Part shown: in pieces, positions 59,581-64,000 of the stretch
How the letters are laid out: the number at the start of each line of letters is the position of its first letter
Position numbering within the stretch: the first letter of the stretch is position 1
Source of the DNA: an uncultured candidate division Zixibacteria bacterium
Lineage (GTDB): Bacteria > Zixibacteria > MSB-5A5 > GN15 > FEB-12
DNA length: 64,000 nt
Assembly: GCA_963735035.1 (NCBI GenBank)
Contig: CAVTJJ010000003.1
Coordinates: 352,001 to 416,000 of the forward strand
Direction: 5' to 3'
Notes under the pieces: model-generated
What the model saw: only the letters and a program-made list of their open reading frames with translations
The model's database searches: none
What the model was told of the DNA's origin: nothing
Program-made: the position numbers and the translations under genes

Positions 59581-60486
59581 TCAACCGCGAATCACCATGT
59601 TGACGATATCTTTTCTAAGCAGGACACCCACCAGGGTATCACCGGAAGTGACGAACACGCGTCGCACATCTTTGAAAATCATCATCGCAGCGACTTCGAC
59701 AATCCGGGTGTCCGGGCTTACTACCTCGAAGTCCTGGCGATAGAGCTGGGCGACCTTGATTGTGTCTTCCCGCTTAAACAGTTCTTCGAACGGTTCTACG
59801 TCCATAGTGTAGTTGAGATTTGATACCAGGGCCTTATAGTTGGGCAAGGCGGCTTTGATAAGATCGCGATCGTCGATCACACCCAGCAATCGATCACTCG
59901 GATCAACCACCGCCAGCGCCGAGAGGCGAAAGCGAAACATCCGATTCGCCACTTCCTTCAACGTGTCCTCCGGTGACACTTTGGCCACGTTGTGACGCAT
60001 TACGTCTTTGACCATAAGTTCTTTGTCTACGGTGACACCGGTATCCCCTATCAGCTTCACCAGATCGGCCTTGGTGGGAGCATCGAGGATGCGTTGCAGA
60101 GTGCCTTCGGTACGGGCGAAAGCGGCCAGACCGGACAATGTCTGCAGATAGAGCTTGGCGATAGTCGAGGGAGTAAGCAGCAGGCAAATGACATGGACAG
60201 GAACGTTGTCGTTTGTCTTGTCCATCAACCCCCGCCGGGAAATACCAAGCAGGATGTACATCTCAGAAACCGCGTCGGTACGAGCATGTGGGAATGCAAA
60301 CCCCCGACCATAGGATGTGCTTTCGATCTCTTCCCGCTCGCGAATCGACTGGAGCACGGTAACGAGGTCGACACTGATGCCTTCCGAGGTAATCAACTCC
60401 AGCAGTTCAATTACGGCTTCGTCTTTGGTGCGGGCGCGCAAGTCGAGTTTGATGCGCCTTTCCATGAGCAGATGGGCCAGTTTCAT
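59581..60486 (-). CDS. PTS EIIA (Ntr/Fru type) domain fused to a CBS pair
   Basis: REREEIEST...FAFPHAR with the phospho-acceptor His; then VKDVM and LLGVIDDRDL...VGVLLRKDI. Confidence 0.88.
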   Translation of the reverse strand: MKLAHLLMERRIKLDLRARTKDEAVIELLELITSEGISVDLVTVLQSIREREEIESTSYGRGFAFPHARTDAVSEMYILLGISRRGLMDKTNDNVPVHVICLLLTPSTIAKLYLQTLSGLAAFARTEGTLQRILDAPTKADLVKLIGDTGVTVDKELMVKDVMRHNVAKVSPEDTLKEVANRMFRFRLSALAVVDPSDRLLGVIDDRDLIKAALPNYKALVSNLNYTMDVEPFEELFKREDTIKVAQLYRQDFEVVSPDTRIVEVAAMMIFKDVRRVFVTSGDTLVGVLLRKDIVNMVIRG

Positions 60487-61136
60487 ATGCCGTCTCCCGC
60501 GGCCGGGACTCCCGCTGTCTTAATACGATTTCTAAGAATTTCCGGCGAGACAACACCGCCAGAAACGAAGAATTTCACACCCTCTTCAATTGTCATGTCA
60601 ATCGGCGTGACCCCTTCGGCGGGCACAACAACAGTCATGCCGGTAACCGGTGTGGGGGTCGAGGGGACAAAACAAGTGCAGTATTCCTTCTCGACGCCGT
60701 TGATCGATATCCGATTGCGTTTGGATACGAAGCAAAGGCTGTAGAGACCCTGGCGCGGGTATTCGATCAGGGCGACCTCATGGAACGACCCGGCATTGGG
60801 TCGAGCCAGCGATTCTAGGAGTTGCTTGCTGCCGGAATAGATTGGCCGGATGAGGGGAACCCGCGCAGCGAGACGGTCTCCCAGGCGGTAAAGCTGGGCG
60901 CCAAGCAGATTGCGTGTGAGCACACCGGCCAGAACGATAATCAACAGGGTCGTCAGCAGTCCCAGCCCCGTCTGATAATAGCCCAGCAGATGATTTAGGG
61001 CGGGTCTGAGAATACCGTCGACGGTCTCAAAGAGGAACCTGAGAACAAGGAAGGTGATGATAAACGGCACCACTATCAGCACACCGCTGAGGAAATACCG
61101 CTTCAAATGTTGCCAAAAGGTCAAACTCTCGGACAT
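60483..61136 (-). CDS. DUF502 family membrane protein
   Basis: YFLSGVLIVVP, PLIRPIY, EYPR, FVPSTPTPVTG and SGG. Confidence 0.88.
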   Translation of the reverse strand: MSESLTFWQHLKRYFLSGVLIVVPFIITFLVLRFLFETVDGILRPALNHLLGYYQTGLGLLTTLLIIVLAGVLTRNLLGAQLYRLGDRLAARVPLIRPIYSGSKQLLESLARPNAGSFHEVALIEYPRQGLYSLCFVSKRNRISINGVEKEYCTCFVPSTPTPVTGMTVVVPAEGVTPIDMTIEEGVKFFVSGGVVSPEILRNRIKTAGVPAAGDGI

Positions 61137-61213
61137 ACTTCTTCCCTGCCTGTCGGGGCGACGCCTCGCGGGGGCGCTTTCCCGGCCAAACAAAACACTT
61201 TTTGAAGCTCAGG

Positions 61214-62722
61214 TCAAGGAGCGATGAGGCCGGAGGAAGAAGAGATCTTGGACGCGAAGTCCATCACCGAGGCCGGGAACAGTCCGAACAGAATCACACC
61301 CACCAGACCGATGGCGATGACCAGCAGGGCGGGTGAATTATACGCCATGGTAATCGGCTCGGCCCGTTTGCCGAAATACATGACCTTGATCACATTGGCA
61401 TAGTAGTAAAGCGAGAAAACGGAAGTCAGCAGACCAAGCCCGACCAGCCAGTAGAGCCATTGGAGCCCCGGCTGACCGGCCTGTTTGATCGCCGCCGCAA
61501 AGACGTAGAACTTACCCACAAACCCGGCCAGAGGCGGGATACCGGTCAATGACAGCAGAAATACGGTCATGGCCCCGGCTGTAAACGGCGAAGTTCGGGC
61601 GAGTCCGTCATAGTCGTTTATCTCACAGCTCCCGGTCTGGTCCTCAAACAGAGTGACTATGGCGAAAGCGCCCATGTTGGTGAACAGGTAGGCGAACATG
61701 TAGAAAGCGACCGAAGCCAGTCCTAATTCGTTGAGGGCGAGCATACCGATCATTATATACCCGGCGTGGGCGATCGAGGAATAGGCCAGCATGCGCTTTA
61801 TGTTGGTCTGGCGGATAGCCACGGTGTTGCCAATTATCAATGCGGCCGCAGCCAGCACCCCGACCAGAACGCCCCAGTCGTTCGGGGCCATCAGCGGCTC
61901 ATAGAAGGAGAACAGACCGATTACTACGACGTTTATGAACGCCACTATTCCGGCCGCTTTGGAGCCGACCGACAGGAAGGCAGTCACCGGCGTCGGAGCG
62001 CCCTCGTACACGTCGGGGACCCATTGGTGAAACGGCGGCAGAGCCAGTTTGAAGCCGAGACCGGCGAGAATCGATATGATGGCCAGCAAGAGCATCGCAC
62101 CCATCTGTCCCTGGGTGTAGAGCTGTTTGCTCGCCAGGGCCATCCGCATCTGCATAATATCAGTCGTGCCGCTTAGTCCGTACAGGAACGAGATGCCGTA
62201 GAGCAGCAGCGCCGAGGAGAATGCCCCGACAATCAGGTACTTGATACCCGCTTCGACCGATTTCTTGTCATCCTTGAAGAACGCCGCCAGAACAAACAAC
62301 GGAATGGTGGTCAGTTCCAGGCCAACATACAGCGAAAGCAACTCGCGCGATGACGCCAGGAACATCATGCCGACGGTCGAGAACATGATCAGCCCGAAGA
62401 ATTCGCCGCGATGATTGACAATTTTCGTTTTGGTGATGCCAAACGAACTGCCGATGGTCATGAACGCCGCGCCGAGGAAGATCACTTTGAAGAAGATCGC
62501 CAGCGGGCTGTTGAAGAACATGTTGCCGAAACCGCGTCCGTAGTCCGTAAACGCCAGCACCACTCCGGCCAGAGCGACGGCCGCCATGGCAAGATAGCCG
62601 ACCAGGTTGCCGTTCTTCCGGTGAGTGATGACATCAAACGCCAGCACCACCAGAGCGCCGAGGAATAGAACGATCTCGGGCGCCATCATCACCAGATTGT
62701 ACTCGGGCAGTTGGAACTCCAT
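61214..62722 (-). CDS. nuoN: NADH-quinone oxidoreductase subunit N
   Basis: EAGIKY, FKLALPPFHQWVPDVYEGAP, KRMLAYSSIAHAGY and GIPPLAGF. Confidence 0.95.
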   Translation of the reverse strand: MEFQLPEYNLVMMAPEIVLFLGALVVLAFDVITHRKNGNLVGYLAMAAVALAGVVLAFTDYGRGFGNMFFNSPLAIFFKVIFLGAAFMTIGSSFGITKTKIVNHRGEFFGLIMFSTVGMMFLASSRELLSLYVGLELTTIPLFVLAAFFKDDKKSVEAGIKYLIVGAFSSALLLYGISFLYGLSGTTDIMQMRMALASKQLYTQGQMGAMLLLAIISILAGLGFKLALPPFHQWVPDVYEGAPTPVTAFLSVGSKAAGIVAFINVVVIGLFSFYEPLMAPNDWGVLVGVLAAAALIIGNTVAIRQTNIKRMLAYSSIAHAGYIMIGMLALNELGLASVAFYMFAYLFTNMGAFAIVTLFEDQTGSCEINDYDGLARTSPFTAGAMTVFLLSLTGIPPLAGFVGKFYVFAAAIKQAGQPGLQWLYWLVGLGLLTSVFSLYYYANVIKVMYFGKRAEPITMAYNSPALLVIAIGLVGVILFGLFPASVMDFASKISSSSGLIAP

Positions 62723-62726
62723 CGTC

Positions 62727-64000
62727 TTACCTGGACATCAATGAAATCAGGTTCTGCAAAGTGCTGGTCATGAGCATCGAAAACGGTTTCGGATACATCC
62801 CGATCCAGAGTGTCAACAGCATCAGCGGGGCCACCGTGAGTATTTCTCTCAGATTGATATCGGTCAGGCCGCCCCATTTGGCCTCATCGAACGGGCCAAG
62901 GAATACGCGCTGCACCATTCGCAACAGGTAGGCCGCGCCGAGTAATACGCCCAGAACCGCGCCGCCGACAATCCACTTCTGCGACATCACACTGAACGAA
63001 CCGACGAATATCATGAACTCGGACACGAATCCGGACATACCCGGCAATCCGAGCGAGCCCATCGCGAAAAACACCATCATGGCAGTATAGACCGGCAGCT
63101 TGGCGCCAAGACCACCGAAGGCGGCGATTTCACGCGTGTGGGCGCGGTCATAGAGGACGCCCACCAAAAGGAACAGCGCACCCGTGAGCAGGCCGTGCGA
63201 AATCATCTGGAACATGCATCCTGCAATAGCCTGCTCGGAATTGTAGGCGGCCAAAGCGACCATGCAGAAGCCCATGTGCGAAACCGATGAATACGCCACC
63301 AGCTTCTTGAGGTCCTTCTGCGCCATCGACACCAAGCGCACCGTAGATAATTCCAATCAGACCGAGCAGACCAACGTAGAAAGCCGCGTCGTGCAGGGCC
63401 GCGGGGAACATCGGCCAACTGATGCGCAGCATCGCGTAAGTTCCCATCTTCAACAGTACGCCGGCCAGGATGACCGACACGGCGGTCGGCGCTTCCACGT
63501 GGGCGTCAGGCAACCAGGTGTGGAACGGCCAGACCGGGACTTTGATCGCGAAGGCGATAAAGAAGAAGATGAAGCAGATCATCTGCAGCGTATAGGGCAA
63601 GCATCGAGCCGCGTTGAATGTGCTCGAGGATATTCAGCGTGTGCGGCTCGGTGTAGAAGTACAGAATCAGAATCGAGACCAGCATGAAGATCGAGCCGAA
63701 CAGCGTATAGAGGAAGAACTTGATCGCGGCGTATTCTTTTCGCGGACCGCCCCAGACGCCGATCAGGAAATACATCGGCACCAGCATGATCTCCCAGAAC
63801 ACGTAGAAGAGGAAGAAATCGAGCGCCGACGAATACGCCCATCATGCCGGCTTCGAGCAGCAGGAAGAACGCGAAATACTCTTTTATCCGGTTTTCGATG
63901 TTGAACGAGGCCACGACCGAGATGAGTGACAAGAGTCCGGTGAGCGCCAACAGCGGCACCGAGATGCCGTCGACACCGAGGAAGTACTGCACGTTGAGCG
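62727..64000 (-). CDS. nuoM: NADH-quinone oxidoreductase subunit M, 5'-truncated, about three frameshifts
   Basis: [43 protein letters not shown] and LPGMSGF are spread over four ORF fragments. Confidence 0.93.

Noticed and set aside
1..64000. tRNA, rRNA, tmRNA or known riboswitches
   Set aside because: No T-arm or cloverleaf signatures or recognisable consensus found by eye; tRNAscan-SE and Rfam searches would be needed to exclude them.

Overview
A GC-rich bacterial chromosomal segment from a diderm organism. Gene order and protein style suggest the FCB group or a Zixibacteria-like lineage; this is inference only. Core genes: pth-rpsF-rpsR-DUF2232-rplI, copA-type ATPase, glnA, secD-secF, an M16 peptidase, nuoM/nuoN, two-component and CheV genes, a DUF4159-DUF4175-TPR cluster and a DUF2723-type glycosyltransferase. 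Accessory content: one IS30 element, two near-identical IS1182 copies, a type IV AbiE toxin-antitoxin pair with a small nuclease-like neighbour, an ECF/anti-sigma/beta-propeller module, and dense clusters of several REP-like palindrome families. All three IS insertions sit inside REP-like hairpins. At least seven genes are frameshifted, most likely by long-read indels. The best candidate for an undescribed system is a 145-aa membrane-targeted ORF directly upstream of secD-secF. It ends ...RFTLVGARPSGTS*, and the sequence just after its stop can pair with the secD start region. This resembles a VemP/ApdA/ApdP-type translation-arrest secretion monitor, but without the RAPP-type motif. I found no rRNA, tRNA, CRISPR array, reverse transcriptase or integrase.
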